A DNA stretch of 63,808 nt, filler included, from Octopus bimaculoides (lineage: Eukaryota): the NCBI RefSeq assembly GCF_001194135.2. It is 6 parts of 6 records of this genome, joined end to end, with 100 filler letters (N's around TTAATTAATTAA, not from the genome) between each part and the next. Parts side by side here need not be neighbours in the genome. Positions count along the whole stretch, not along the records: positions 24,394 to 30,382 come from NC_068991.1; positions 30,483 to 48,700 come from NC_068992.1; 4 more parts are not named here. One strand, written 5' to 3'. The notes under the pieces are model-generated. The model did not search any database. It was not told where the DNA came from and saw only the letters and a program-made list of their open reading frames with translations. This document shows, one piece after another, positions 25,207 through 37,695 of this stretch. The first letter of the stretch is position 1. Each line of letters opens with the position of its first letter. The position numbers and the translations under genes were made by a program.

Positions 25207-25961
25207 GTGTGCATGTGTTTGTGTGTCTGTGTTTGTACCCCCTCCCCAACATCGCTTGGCAACCGATGCTGGTGTGTTTACATCCCCGTAATTTAGAGGT
25301 TCGGCAAAAGTGATCGATAGAATAAGTACTAGGCTTACAAAGAATAAGTCCTGGGGTCGATTTGCTCGGGCTTCTTTCAGTTTTCCGTCAACCAAATCCA
25401 CTCATAAGGCTTTTGGTCAGCCCGAGGCTATAGTAGAAGACACTTGCCCAAGGTGCCACGGAGTGGGACTGAACCCGGTACCATGTGGTTGGTAAGCAAG
25501 CTACTTACCACACAGCCACTCCTGCGACATATTCTTTTATTCTTTTACTTTTTTCAATCATTTGGCTGTGGCCATGCTAGATCACCGCCTTGAAGAGTTT
25601 TAGTGGAACAAATCGACCCCAGACTTATTTCTTAAGCCTAGTACTTATCCTATCGGTCTCTTTTGTCGAACCATTAAGTTACGGAGACATAAACGCAACA
25701 ACACCGGTTGTCAAACGGTTATGGGAGACAAACAGACACAAAGGCACATACACACATAGATATAAACACATACACACACACACACATATATATACATATA
25801 TACGACGGACTTCTTTCAGTTTCCGTCTACCAAATCCACTCACAAGGCTTTGGTCGGTCCGAGGCTATAGTAGAAGACACTTGCCCAAGGTGCCATGCAG
25901 TGGGACTGAACCCAGAGCCATATGGCTGGAAGGCAAGCTTCTTACCACACAGCCACGTCTG
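24701..25961. mobile_element. Cluster of four family A SINEs: 24701-24800(-), 24866-25368(+), 25369-25527(-), 25535-25961(-)
   Basis: Repeated heads ggagtggctgtgtggtaag / cttaccacacagccac and shared core ctatagtagaagacacttgcccaagg. Confidence 0.9.
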
Positions 25962-28171
25962 CACTGCTTGCTATTTCTAACACATCGGCCGACGGATGAG
26001 CTTTTTCTCATTTGCACTTTCTGTAGTTGTTGCTGTTTGAGTTGCTGTGACTTGTAGTATTCTTGTTGTTGTTGTTGCTGCTAGAGCTGCTGTGATTTGT
26101 AGTAACCTTGTTGTTGTTACTGATGCTGCTGTTATTGTTTTTGTTGTTGTTGATGGGTTATATCCCTTCTACTTAGTGTTTTTTTTTTGTAATGGTGGTC
26201 ATTGCGTGGCTTTTATTGTTATTGTTGTGGTTTTTGTTATTGTTATTATTGTTATTATTCGCGTCGTCGTCGTTGTTGTTGTTGTTGTTTAACCCTAAGA
26301 TGCTTCTTATTGAACAACCTTATGACCAAACACATTCTGGTCGCGACCACGCCGTCGTCTGAAACGCATCTAGGACAAATTCTATCTTCATACGCCATTG
26401 AAACCGGGAAACCGGNNNNNNNNNNNNNNNNNNNNNNNNNNNNNNNNNNNNNNNNNNNNNNNNNNNNNNNNNNNNNNNNNNNNNNNNNNNNNNNNNNNNN
26501 NNNNNNNNNNNNNNNNNNNNNNNNNNNNNNNNNNNNNNNNNNNNNNNNNNNNNNNNNNNNNNNNNNNNNNNNNNNNNNNNNNNNNNNNNNNNNNNNNNNN
26601 NNNNNNNNNNNNNNNNNNNNNNNNNNNNNNNNNNNNNNNNNNNNNNTATACAGATATATACACACACACAGACATATATACACACACACAGACATATATA
26701 CACACACACAAATATATATATAAGTGTGTGTGTATATGTGTGTGTCTGCGCGGGCGATTTCCAATTATTATTATCTTTTAAAAATGTATATTCTTAATAT
26801 TTATGTATACATCAATTTATTTTATACATTCATATTTATAATATATATATATATTTTTTTTTTCATAGATTTATTATAGGGGATTATTTATTCATTTGTT
26901 TTTTCTAAACGTCACGGCTGCTCTGTCGAATACCCGCAGATACGCATGGTCTGCGTTCGCCTCTGACTCTCTCACAACGACGTACAGAGCGCATGAAGTG
27001 AAAAATCCACGTGGAGGATGACTCACATTCAATGAAACCTAAACATCATATAAAACAAAGAATATTAGGTTTCCCGCCCATTTTTTTGGCAAGAACAACA
27101 AACTGAGTTCATACAGAAGCATACTGCTTGCTCCCAGAACCGGATGTCCCGAGATCGTTGTATGGTTTCTTCTCTCTTTTACGCTGTCTTATTTTTTTTA
27201 ATTGAGTGTTNNNNNNNNNNNNNNNNNNNNNNNNNNNNNNNNNNNNNNNNNNNNNNNNNNNNNNNNNNNNNNNNNNNNNNNNNNNNNNNNNNNNNNNNNN
27301 NNNNNNNNNNNNNNNNNNNNNNNNNNNNNNNNNNNNNNNNNNNNNNNNNNNNNNNNNNNNNNNNNNNNNNNNNNNNNNNNNNNNNNNNNNNNNNNNNNNN
27401 NNNNNNNNNNNNNNNNNNNNNNNNNNNNNNNNNNNNNNNNNNNNNNNNNNNNNNNNNNNNNNNNNNNNNNNNNNNNNNNNNNNNNNNNNNNNNNNNNNNN
27501 NNNNNNNNNNNNNNNNNNNNNNNNNNNNNNNNNNNNNNNNNNNNNNNNNNNNNNNNNNNNNNNNNNNNNNNNNNNNNNNNNNNNNNNNNNNNNNNNNNNN
27601 NNNNNNNNNNNNNNNNNNNNNNNNNNNNNNNNNNNNNNNNNNNNNNNNNNNNNNNNNNNNNNNNNNNNNNNNNNNNNNNNNNNNNNNNNNNNNNNNNNNN
27701 NNNNNNNNNNNNNNNNNNNNNNNNNNNNNNNNNNNNNNNNNNNNNNNNNNNNNNNNNNNNNNNNNNNNNNNNNNNNNNNNNNNNNNNNNNNNNNNNNNNN
27801 NNNNNNNNNNNNNNNNNNNNNNNNNNNNNNNNNNNNNNNNNNNNNNNNNNNNNNNNNNNNNNNNNNNNNNNNNNNNNNNNNNNNNNNNNNNNNNNNNNNN
27901 NNNNNNNNNNNNNNNNNNNNNNNNNNNNNNNNNNNNNNNNNNNNNNNNNNNNNNNNNNNNNNNNNNNNNNNNNNNNNNNNNNNNNNNNNNNNNNNNNNNN
28001 NNNNNNNNNNNNNNNNNNNNNNNNNNNNNNNNNNNNNNNNNNNNNNNNNNNNNNNNNNNNNNNNNNNNNNNNNNNNNNNNNNNNNNNNNNNNNNNNNNNN
28101 NNNNNNNNNNNNNNNNNNNNNNNNNNNNNNNNNNNNNNNNNNNNNNNNNNNNNNNNNNNNNNNNNNNNNNN

Positions 28172-28225
<54 letters not shown>

Positions 28226-28699
28226 TATACATATATATACACATACAGAGAGAAAGAGAGAGAGATACATATATACATACATACATATGTACGTACGTAA
28301 ATATATACAAACATGCATTTATACACGCACATATGCACGCACCTAGATGTATATACTATTATCATTTATAAACGCAGGTAAGCCGTTGTCTTTATTAGCT
28401 TTCGTTTCGAAGTAAGGCTCCATTATGCCCATACTCCAGGAAAGTCACCGTGTGCGTCACACTGATGCAGTTAATGTTCTTGAAGTGTTGCAAATCGATG
28501 CATGCAGGTAACATAAAGAGCCAATGTCTAATATAGATATTATAGGACGTAGTGGTTAATGCAAAGCCATTGTAACCAACACTGTGTGATGTGCTGAAGA
28601 CAGAGGGAATCGCCTTAATAATGACGTCAGAGACCGACCAGATACTGAATAATGACAAGGACCGACCTGACAACATGGGCTGTTTTAGTAATGAACTCA

Positions 28700-29412
28700 G
28701 CAACACTTGAACTCCGAACGTGAAGAACCAGAAGAGGTGCTGCTACGCATTTTGTCCGGCGTACTAACGATTCTGCTAGCTCGGTGCCTTAACAACCAGA
28801 GTAATAAACCTTTCTACAAAAGACACATGGTCTGAGAATTTTTCTTTTGGTGGGGGGGGTGTAAGTCGATTACATCAGCCCCAATGTTTCACTGGTACTT
28901 AATTTATCTACCCCCGAAAGGTTCAAAGGCAAAGTCGACCCCGGCGGATTTTGAACTCGGAACGTAACGGCAGACGAAATACCGCTAAGCATTTCGCTCG
29001 GCGTGCTAACGATTCTGCCAGCTCACCGCCTTTAATAATAACAATAATAATAATAATAATAATAATTTGTGAATTTCCGTGTGTAAACTGGGAATGCGTA
29101 CAATGAGCTTCTCTGCCCTAGGTGTACGGAAAACACTCGGCGAGAAATGGAAGAAGATTTGAAGAAAGAAGAAAAAACAACATAATAATGATAATCCTTT
29201 CTACTATAGGCACAAGGCCTGAAATCTTAGGGGAGGGGACTAGTCGATTACATTGACCGTAGTACTCAACGGGTATTTATTTCTTCGAAACTGAAAGGAT
29301 GAAAGGTGAAGTCGACATCAGCGACACTCGAACTCAGAGCGCAAAGCGCCAGAAGAAGCTCTGCAAATCATTTTGCCCGGCGTGCTGACGATTCTGCCAG
29401 CTCGCCGACCTC
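28700..29412 (-). mobile_element. Tandem array of three SINE family C copies separated by AT-rich/(TAA)n tracts
   Basis: Heads (aacgattctgc-agctc) near 28770, 29010 and 29390; cores gaaaggcaaagtcgac. Confidence 0.85.
29067..29178 (+). mobile_element. Second R4/Dong-like insertion, 3'UTR only
   Basis: gtgtaaactgggaatgc-tacaatgagcttctctgccctaggtgtacggaaaacactcggcgagaaa is nearly identical to the reverse complement of 10362-10455. Flanked by (TAA)n on both sides. Confidence 0.75.
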
Positions 29413-29778
29413 AACAACTAGAGTAATAATATCAGAAGAAAAGGACAACAATATCAACAACATTGACATCATATAACAACAACGTTCACGTAATACGCCC
29501 CAATCGTAAACTTTTTTCTCGTAAGAGCAACCTGCTTCCGTAAATCTTCACAATTCACCCTCACCCTCGCCCTCACCCACGGCCCACTTCCTATTTCTAA
29601 CACCATATTCCTGATGATGTTTCTTGTCGTTACTACTGAGGCTGTTGTTATCGTTGTTATTGTTGCAATTGTTGTTGTTGTTGTTGTTGCTGTATGGTCA
29701 TGGCAGTGGAGGCAGCGGCGCCGGCAGTGGTTGAGGTGGCGGCGTTGGTGAAAGTGGGCGGAGGTTCTGTGTCGTCGG

Positions 29779-29832
<54 letters not shown>

Positions 29833-30143
29833 GGGCGACGTTGATTGTGATTGCGATAGTGATACGCTTGATAGCCGATGGGTGGAGCAGCGTTATTGTT
29901 TGTCCACCAAATGGCGAAGGAACAGAATAAAAGAACCAATTACTGCCTTTGTTTCTTTGTTTCGACGTCGTCGACTCAATCAGGCCATCATCTTAACATT
30001 ATATGTATTTCATGCAAACAAACACTAGCGGTTCTGCGACCACATCAACATGTAAATGCGTATACATGTATGCGCATGAAAGTATGTATTTGCTCGTGCA
30101 ATTATAAATCGTGTCTGTTTGTGCATTATCTATCTATCTATCC

Positions 30144-30191
<48 letters not shown>

Positions 30192-30482
30192 GTCTATCTA
30201 TCTATATATCTATCTATCTGTTCCTCTCTATATGTGTGTGTGTATGTGTGTGTGCGTGTACGTGTGTGTATCTGTGTACATATATATATCCATATATATA
30301 ATATATATACTTATATATATATAGATATATATATGCACATACACACTATATCTTCATTATATATATATATATATATATATATNNNNNNNNNNNNNNNNNN
30401 NNNNNNNNNNNNNNNNNNNNNNNNNNTTAATTAATTAANNNNNNNNNNNNNNNNNNNNNNNNNNNNNNNNNNNNNNNNNNNN

Positions 30483-30816
30483 CCCAGGACTTATTTTTTG
30501 GAAACCTAGTACTTATTCTATCGGTCTCCTTTGCCAAACCGCTAAGTTACAGGGACGTAAACACACCAGCATCGGTTGTTAAGCGATGTTGGGGGGGACA
30601 AACACAGACACACAAACATATACCCACGACATACATATATATACATACATATGGCGGGCTTCTTTCAGTTTCCGTCTACCAAATCCACTCACAAGGCTTT
30701 GGTCGGCCCGAGGCTATAGTAGAAGACACTTGCCCAAGGTGTCACACGGTGGGACTGAACCTGGAACCATGTGGTTGGTAAGTGAGCTACTTACCACACA
30801 GCCACTCCTGCGCCTA
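30483..30816 (-). mobile_element. SINE family A, near full length
   Basis: Both halves plus internal microsatellite; head gccactcctgcgcct. Confidence 0.88.
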
Positions 30817-31020
30817 TATACAACTAACAAATCGTATCTTAAAGATGTAGTTTAGGCTGAATGCCTTATATATTGACGACTTTCATTTTTTATCTTGCCT
30901 TAATTCTGTCATATTATTAATAAAAAGTCTTCCTGCGTATATATAAAATAGTATCTGCATCATATCTGTTTCCGATACTGTCCTGCTTTTTCATTTTATA
31001 TAGAAAACGTTGATTTAATT

Positions 31021-31055
31021 AGTTTGATAAGTGCCTCTGCACGAAACTCTCAAAC
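31021..31055 (+). ncRNA. Hammerhead-like core, U3-A8 variant, stems I and III degenerate
   Basis: TTGATAA-gtgc[ctct]gcac-GAAAC-tc-TC. Confidence 0.45.
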
Positions 31056-31140
31056 CTTCAGTCACTATGTAACTTTCGCCGATCAATAAATCTATACTTA
31101 TTGAGACTAACTCAACATAAGTTTTATTTTTCATGTTTGA

Positions 31141-31190
31141 ACCACTACGCCTCTGATGAGAACCCAATAAGGTTCGAAAATCGATTAAAG
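31141..31190 (+). ncRNA. Minimal type-I hammerhead motif, canonical core, weak stem I
   Basis: CTGATGA-gaacc[caataa]ggttc-GAAA-a[tcga]t-TA. Confidence 0.6.
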
Positions 31191-32384
31191 TTGTTCATCT
31201 TTTTTTCAATCTACAGAGAAATGGCTAAATTTGCCCTCCTTATAAATATACGATATATATATAAATATGAATAAACCACGATAATCAGCTCGGGATTCTC
31301 CCCAATGACTTTACTAAGGTCACTTGGGGCCCCAATTCACCGTGAAACCATTTGGTAGCTAGTATCATTACGAGGTCTATTTATATTTACCCACTTCTCT
31401 ACCTGTAGAGTAAGTTCTCCTCCAGTTATATGGTTTTACCGTATATTATCATATATATATANNNNNNNNNNNNNNNNNNNNNNNNNNNNNNNNNNNNNNN
31501 NNNNNNNNNNNNNNNNNNNNNNNNNNNNNNNNNNNNNNNNNNNNNNNNNNNNNNNNNNNNNNNNNNNNNNNNNNNNNNNNNNNNNNNATTTGTTCAAATA
31601 AAAGACGGCGCTCTAGTATGGCCTATCGTCTTTTGAAGCATATGGGAGGTCATGTTGCTGGTTTTGCCAATAAAAACAAGCACTATGTTTTTGGTGTTCA
31701 CTATTTGTTTTTCAGGTTTTTGTTCAACCAGAGTTCTTTCGTTACAATTCAGTGGCCTTATACATGGTCCTTTACTTATTTTTTCTTTCTTGTGTCTGCC
31801 CTTTTTAATCATCTGCCATGTTGTATTCAACAGAAATTCAAAATCTTTATCTATCTCACTCTTTATGCCTGTGTATGTATATACATATAATATGTGTTCA
31901 CACTTAGCGGTCAACATTTGGCTGATATTGTTTAAATTTTCTATCCTACTCTTCTCGGCTTCTTTCCCCTCTTGTTTGCAAAAAATTCCCTATCTATTTC
32001 TACTTGTCTTTCTCTTCACATATCTGCTTCTTTTCTCTCTTTACTCATCTTCATTTCTTCCTCTTATTATCTCTGTCAACTATATCCTGTCTACTTTTAT
32101 TTCCTTGTCTCCACACTCCCTCTTTCTTCCTAATTGTTCTTTCTTCCCCAATTTTCTCTATTCCTCTGTTGATCTTCCTCTCCCTTCAATTTTTGGTGTC
32201 ACATGACAATCCAATATTTTTAACACTCCTTAAATTTGGTTAACCAAGACGTTTTTTTTTTTTCAATCAGCTTATTCTAGATGTTCTTTGTTGCCTAAAC
32301 ATTTCACTTGGCTCAAAGTTATGCTGTTTTTTATTTGATGGTGCAAGTACCATGAGTGGAAACATTTCAGGTGAATAAGAGATA

Positions 32385-32890
32385 ATCTAACAGTGGAGAC
32401 ACTCCTCAACACTTACTCTAAAGAAGGTCATCAAGATCGTTTAATCTGCAGAGAAGGTGGTGGCCTCAGTATTTTGGATTGCAAAGAGCATCGTGTTTAT
32501 TGACTACTTTCAAAAGGCTCTCACCATCAATGGAGAGTGCTGTACTGTGCCACCTTTCCAAGGCAGTTGCGAAAGGCTATCAAGGCCAAATGCAAGGAAA
32601 ACTGTCGAGTATGTTTTCTTTCATCAAAACAAATACTCCAGTGCACAAGTAATTGGTTTCGATGGCCGATGTGTGTGATTGGCTTTGGACTGCTAAGCCT
32701 CTCTCCCTACTTTAGTGATTTGACCTCATCTTATTATCTATATCCCCTACATATACAAAAAAAATCCTCAGTTTGGAACCAATATCATAGTGATGATGTC
32801 TTATCAGCTGTTGAAAACTTGTTTAACTAACAGGATAGCTTCTTTTCCAAGGCAATCGATGCAATGAATCGCTGAAAGAAGTATGTCGAT
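32385..32890 (+). pseudogene. Decayed mariner transposase fragment (catalytic domain)
   Basis: SAEKVVASVFWIAKSIVFIDYFQKALTINGEC resembles mariner SAGKVMASVFWDxxGIxxIDYLxKGxTINxxYY; later PYxxDLxxSxYYL-like remnant. Confidence 0.85.
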
Positions 32891-33416
32891 GAGCTTTTCT
32901 GTTTGATTTTCACTTTTCAATTGCCTCAATTTTATTCCAATTTCAAAAATGTGTATTGTTCACATGAATTAAACCAACAATATGTTTATCCAACATTTCA
33001 CAAAACTTTATCAAAACTTCCATCGTTGAATGTTTTAACATTGTAATGTTGTCACCTTATACAAAATGCCAGCTTCCACATCCTGTTCTCTGATGGAGGG
33101 GAAAATGATCAAACTTTAAACCTCTGTTACAGTTTTCTAAAGTTTTTCTGGAATAAGTGAATCGCATCAAATTCAACAGGAAAAATTACACCAATATATC
33201 AAATTTGAAAATTTTCGCTCAATTTTAAAATTTCAGAAGGTGAAATCAAGCAGAAAAGATCCTAATATTTAAAAATGAACTTCATTTGGTCACATTCTAT
33301 GAGAATATATTGGTCAGCCTGTTAACTTCCCAGTCGATCTTCATAATAATAAAAGTTATTATTATTGAACATTTGTTTGTTTTGATACCCAAATTAGAAA
33401 ACTTCACCTTGTTTGT

Positions 33417-34121
33417 AAAAATTTTGGGTACTACAGAAGTGTGGACCTGAGTTCTGAGAGTGCGCATGTTACAAATTTGCACGTGCACGCGCTTTAATTG
33501 TAAGTAGTCAATTTTAGCTCACAAGGCAAATGACAAGATGCGTGGATTCGCGCTACTAGTTTAATTTAGCACAGCGGTAAACAACGAGACGCACAGACGC
33601 GTGCTACTTGCCGTAAAAGGAGCGGGGTTATCCATGTAATACAAAAAGGAAATTGCAGATAAGTTGAATATAAGAGTGAAAACTAATCATTGACTACTGA
33701 AAAAACATTCATCTCCCCTAACTTTAAACCCTAACTCTAAACCTAACCCCTAACCCTAAACCCTAACCCTCAATCCTAACCCTAATTCCTAACCCTAAAC
33801 CCTAAACCCTAACCCTTAATGAAATATGGGAAAAGCTGGAGATGAATGTTTTGAAAACATTCTGAACTATCTTTCAGAAGGGTTTACTTTTCAATGAAAT
33901 ATCATTTTGTTATTTTTCATGTTTTTATTCAATTTATCTGCAATTTTCTTCTTGTATTAGATGGATAACCCACCCTCCATTTACAGCAAGTAGCGCGCGT
34001 CTCGTTTTTTTACCTGTGTGCTAAATTCAACTACTTACAACTAACGTGTGCGCATGCGCAAATTTGTGACATGCACACTCCCAGAACTCGGATCCACACT
34101 TCTCCAGTAGTGCCAAATTTT
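33417..34121. mobile_element. Fold-back MITE (about 290-bp arms) with central telomere-like (CCCTAA/CCCTAAA)n array at 33716-33817
   Basis: 33417-33716 pairs with 33838-34121 (agaagtgtggacctgagttctg / cagaactcggatccacacttct; aaacattcatctcc / ggagatgaatgtttt). Confidence 0.85.
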
Positions 34122-34576
34122 GGAACTAAGTTTGCACCCCCTAAGCAAATTTTGTTCCCGGGCCACTGATGATGAGTGTCATTTTTCCAAGAAAAATTGC
34201 AAAAGAATTCCAGTTTGAAATAGTAACTGAATTATGTTCACTATTCAGCGTGTTGGTAAGTTGTTTTCACTCATTTTCATTTAGACTTACTTTCAGATTC
34301 TTCTATCACATTTATCAGACAATATTTAATTCAATCCTTCCCAATCCCTTGACTGCCCTTGGATTATTCAACTACTAGCATATCTATGTCATTAAAAATG
34401 CCAACAGTTCTATTAGTGATAGAAAATGGTACAACAAAACAATGGGAGAAACTATTGATAAATGTCAGCAATCGAGTAACTATATGTATATACACAGAAC
34501 TGAAGAATTTGAACATATGAGATACAGTTGCAATGTCTCAGTTCAAAATATAATCATCCAGGATAATACATATATA

Positions 34577-36002
34577 CCATAAAAACCTATGTAATTTACG
34601 CACTTTTTTTCCACAAAAATAAAAATAAACTTTAGGGGTTGTGTAAATTACATGAGTAGATCATTTACAGAATTTTTTTTAGAAATTTTTTTGTTGAAAA
34701 ATGATGTACAAGTGTAAACATTCATACTGAAAGTTGATTCATTTAATGTCAGAATAGGTTTTTATAGAAAAAATATAATGAAGTTGACTTATACCATCAA
34801 GTTAGCATTATGCCATCCATGCTGGATGATATAATGCTAACTTTTTCTGTATAAACTTACTAAAACCATTAAATGGTTAACTACTTTTTGAAGTTTGACT
34901 TTCATACTGGTAATCACTGTCCGGGCCATATTTAACTGCATTTAATGCTGACGACAACATCATAATTCATCCTTGCACATGTAAACTCACTAAGTGAATA
35001 TGACTTAGCATTCCTACAGACACCTTCATTTACCTTATACGATGTTTAATGTCATTTCACATTCATGTTGATTTATACAGCAATCTTATGTTCTCTTTAT
35101 AAAACACTTGTAATGTATGTATTACCAGTTGTTTTAACATAGTAAATTTTTGCTATTCTTGTTTATGTGTCCACAGACGTGTTATTCTAACAAGTTGCTT
35201 CTTAAATTTCACACCTCTCTTGTTCAATAAACACTGAGTTAAACTTGCAAAGCTGTTTATTTTCTCCTTTCGATTTTTAATGTTTATCTTAGCAGGTTAC
35301 CGGGAGTTTGGTCTCCCGGCTAAAATGGTAATTATAAATTTTTAAGTTTGCTTGACATTTTATAAGTTTGAAAGGGATTAAAATTGTGATACTCCGTATC
35401 AAAGGTTCTGAGAAGAATAGGTGGAAAATCAAAGCTTAACACAAGAAAACACCTTCAACCAATCAGAATTCTGTTTACATAATCAGTTTGATTGGCCACC
35501 TTCCTCAGTTGGATGAGTAAAGTGTCATCCAAGCTGATGTTTATTAGTAATTAAACTTATTTTGCAACACTTGTGCATATTTATCAGCTTTGTTTTTGTT
35601 GATAAGAACTATCAACAACTTTTCTTGTGATCATGATTTGAGAAGACATACAGAAGTATGCTAAAGAGCAGACATAATCTCTTGTGGGCAAGAAATGTAA
35701 AATAAAATTTATTGTAAACAACACAAACACTTCGTAATTTAATAGCTTTCAATGTGAAACCTGTTAAACAAATTGTTTTTATTTAATGAAAATTTAATAA
35801 AATCTAATCATAAGTAAGTGAAAATATGTTAAATACAACTAAATTGAAAACCGTTTCCCCCTGGCCATATCAGCAATCCTGAAAACTTTTGGGTGAGAAT
35901 TTTACACGAGTAGAAGCTTTTTTTAACAATTTTTATCCTGAAAATCACCTGTGTAATTTACACAGGTGATTTTCAGGATAAAAATTACATTGGTTTTTAT
36001 GG
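34577..36002 (+). mobile_element. Tc1/mariner-type (pogo/Tc2-like) non-autonomous element, copy X
   Basis: TIRs ccataaaaacc-atgtaattt at both ends, TA on both flanks; homologous to 37241-38757 in reverse. Confidence 0.8.
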
Positions 36003-36335
36003 TATATATATATTTACGTTTATCAATTTGTTGCATGATACCTGATGTGAAATCGTGTCAAAACAGATATTGCTATATTTCAGGATGGTTACATTTTTTT
36101 TGCCATATGCACTATACATGCACTATACATTTGTTCTTCACTTGTTTATTACTTTTCTTATTTTTTTATTTTTTTATTTTAACTCATACCCATTGTCCAG
36201 AAATCTTTCATCACACAACTGTGACCTCTTCAGCGACACTTTTCGTTTTTGTGTATGTCCTTGCTTCACTTACTCTATTCCATTCTTCTAAGATGTGTAT
36301 CCTTAAGTGCACGTGCATTTGCATCTGCATTTGTG

Positions 36336-36388
<53 letters not shown>

Positions 36389-37240
36389 ATGCACACACAC
36401 ACAAACATGGATGCAATACATTAAATATAAAATAAAACTAAAATCTATGGATTATTCTTTCTAGTTTAGTGAGAGATACATATATGATGTGATCATAATA
36501 GAGGATGGATAAAAGTTTAAAAAAGAGCCATTATTATGCAAGACAGTGGGACTTACTTATTGACCATTATTGATTAGGGTATGTAAATGCATATTTAAAT
36601 GCAGATTTGAGATTAAAGAACTTGTATGTTTGGACAAGAGATGTCGAGTACATAGTGGCTCATATGTTTTAATTGAGCAAAATAAACATGCATAGTCACA
36701 CATATATCTACATGCAGACAGGCATGTATATACATAAACACATACATACACATACACAAAATATATGCAGACATATACATATGGATATACAAACACACAT
36801 AAGGAGGCATATAAACTGGCATGGGTAAATTTAGATAACATGTATTAAAGTATGTATTTGGCATATATATATTTTTCATTTAGGATAAAAGAAAAAACAT
36901 AAGCTAGTTGACTGAGGAAAAAATAAAGAATAACAAAAGTTTTAGAGTACAAAAACATATTTTAATAGGTATCTAATTTATAGATAAAGTATTAAGCTTA
37001 GTGAATTAATAGTAGATGTTTAAAAAACAAATTAGATGTGATATTAATAATACCAGACAATAAGAAAACATAATGAGGACATATCAGGGTTCTCATTAAA
37101 GTATTGTTTACCGTAAAGAAAGATATTTAGCAATTTGATGTGTATTGGGTATGATGTCTATATTTTATATATTTCAAATTAACTAAAGGGATAAGGAAAA
37201 AAATATGAAGAATATGGTCATTAATTATCTAACTTTTTTA

Positions 37241-37645
37241 CCATAAAAATCCATGTAATTTGTGCACCTGTGTAATTTACACAAATGATTTTCAGGATAA
37301 AAATTGTTAAAAAAGCTTCTACTCATGTAAAATTCACACCCAAAAGTTTTCAGAATTGCCAATATGGCCAGGGGAAAAAAGGTTTTCAATGTAGTTGTAT
37401 TTAGCATAATTTCACTTACTTATGATTAGATTTTATTCAATTTTCATTAAATAAAAATAATTTCTGTTTAACAGGTATCACATTAAAAGCTATTAAAAAT
37501 TACAAAGTGTTTGTTGTCTATATGAATAAAATCAGTTTTGCAGGACTGACACATGTCAGTCCATTTTACTCACTAGGTATACGCTCCTTCTCCCTCAACA
37601 TTAGTGTTCCAATAATAAAAATAAATAAAAGAAAAATATGATGCT

Positions 37646-37695
<50 letters not shown>

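Noticed and set aside
28395-28706. 103-aa minus-strand ORF and nearby plus-strand donor sites
   Set aside because: It starts inside a SINE head, has no recognisable motif, and several incompatible readings are equally plausible.
33716-33817. True telomere or chromosome fusion site
   Set aside because: Short, degenerate, single orientation and enclosed by MITE arms.
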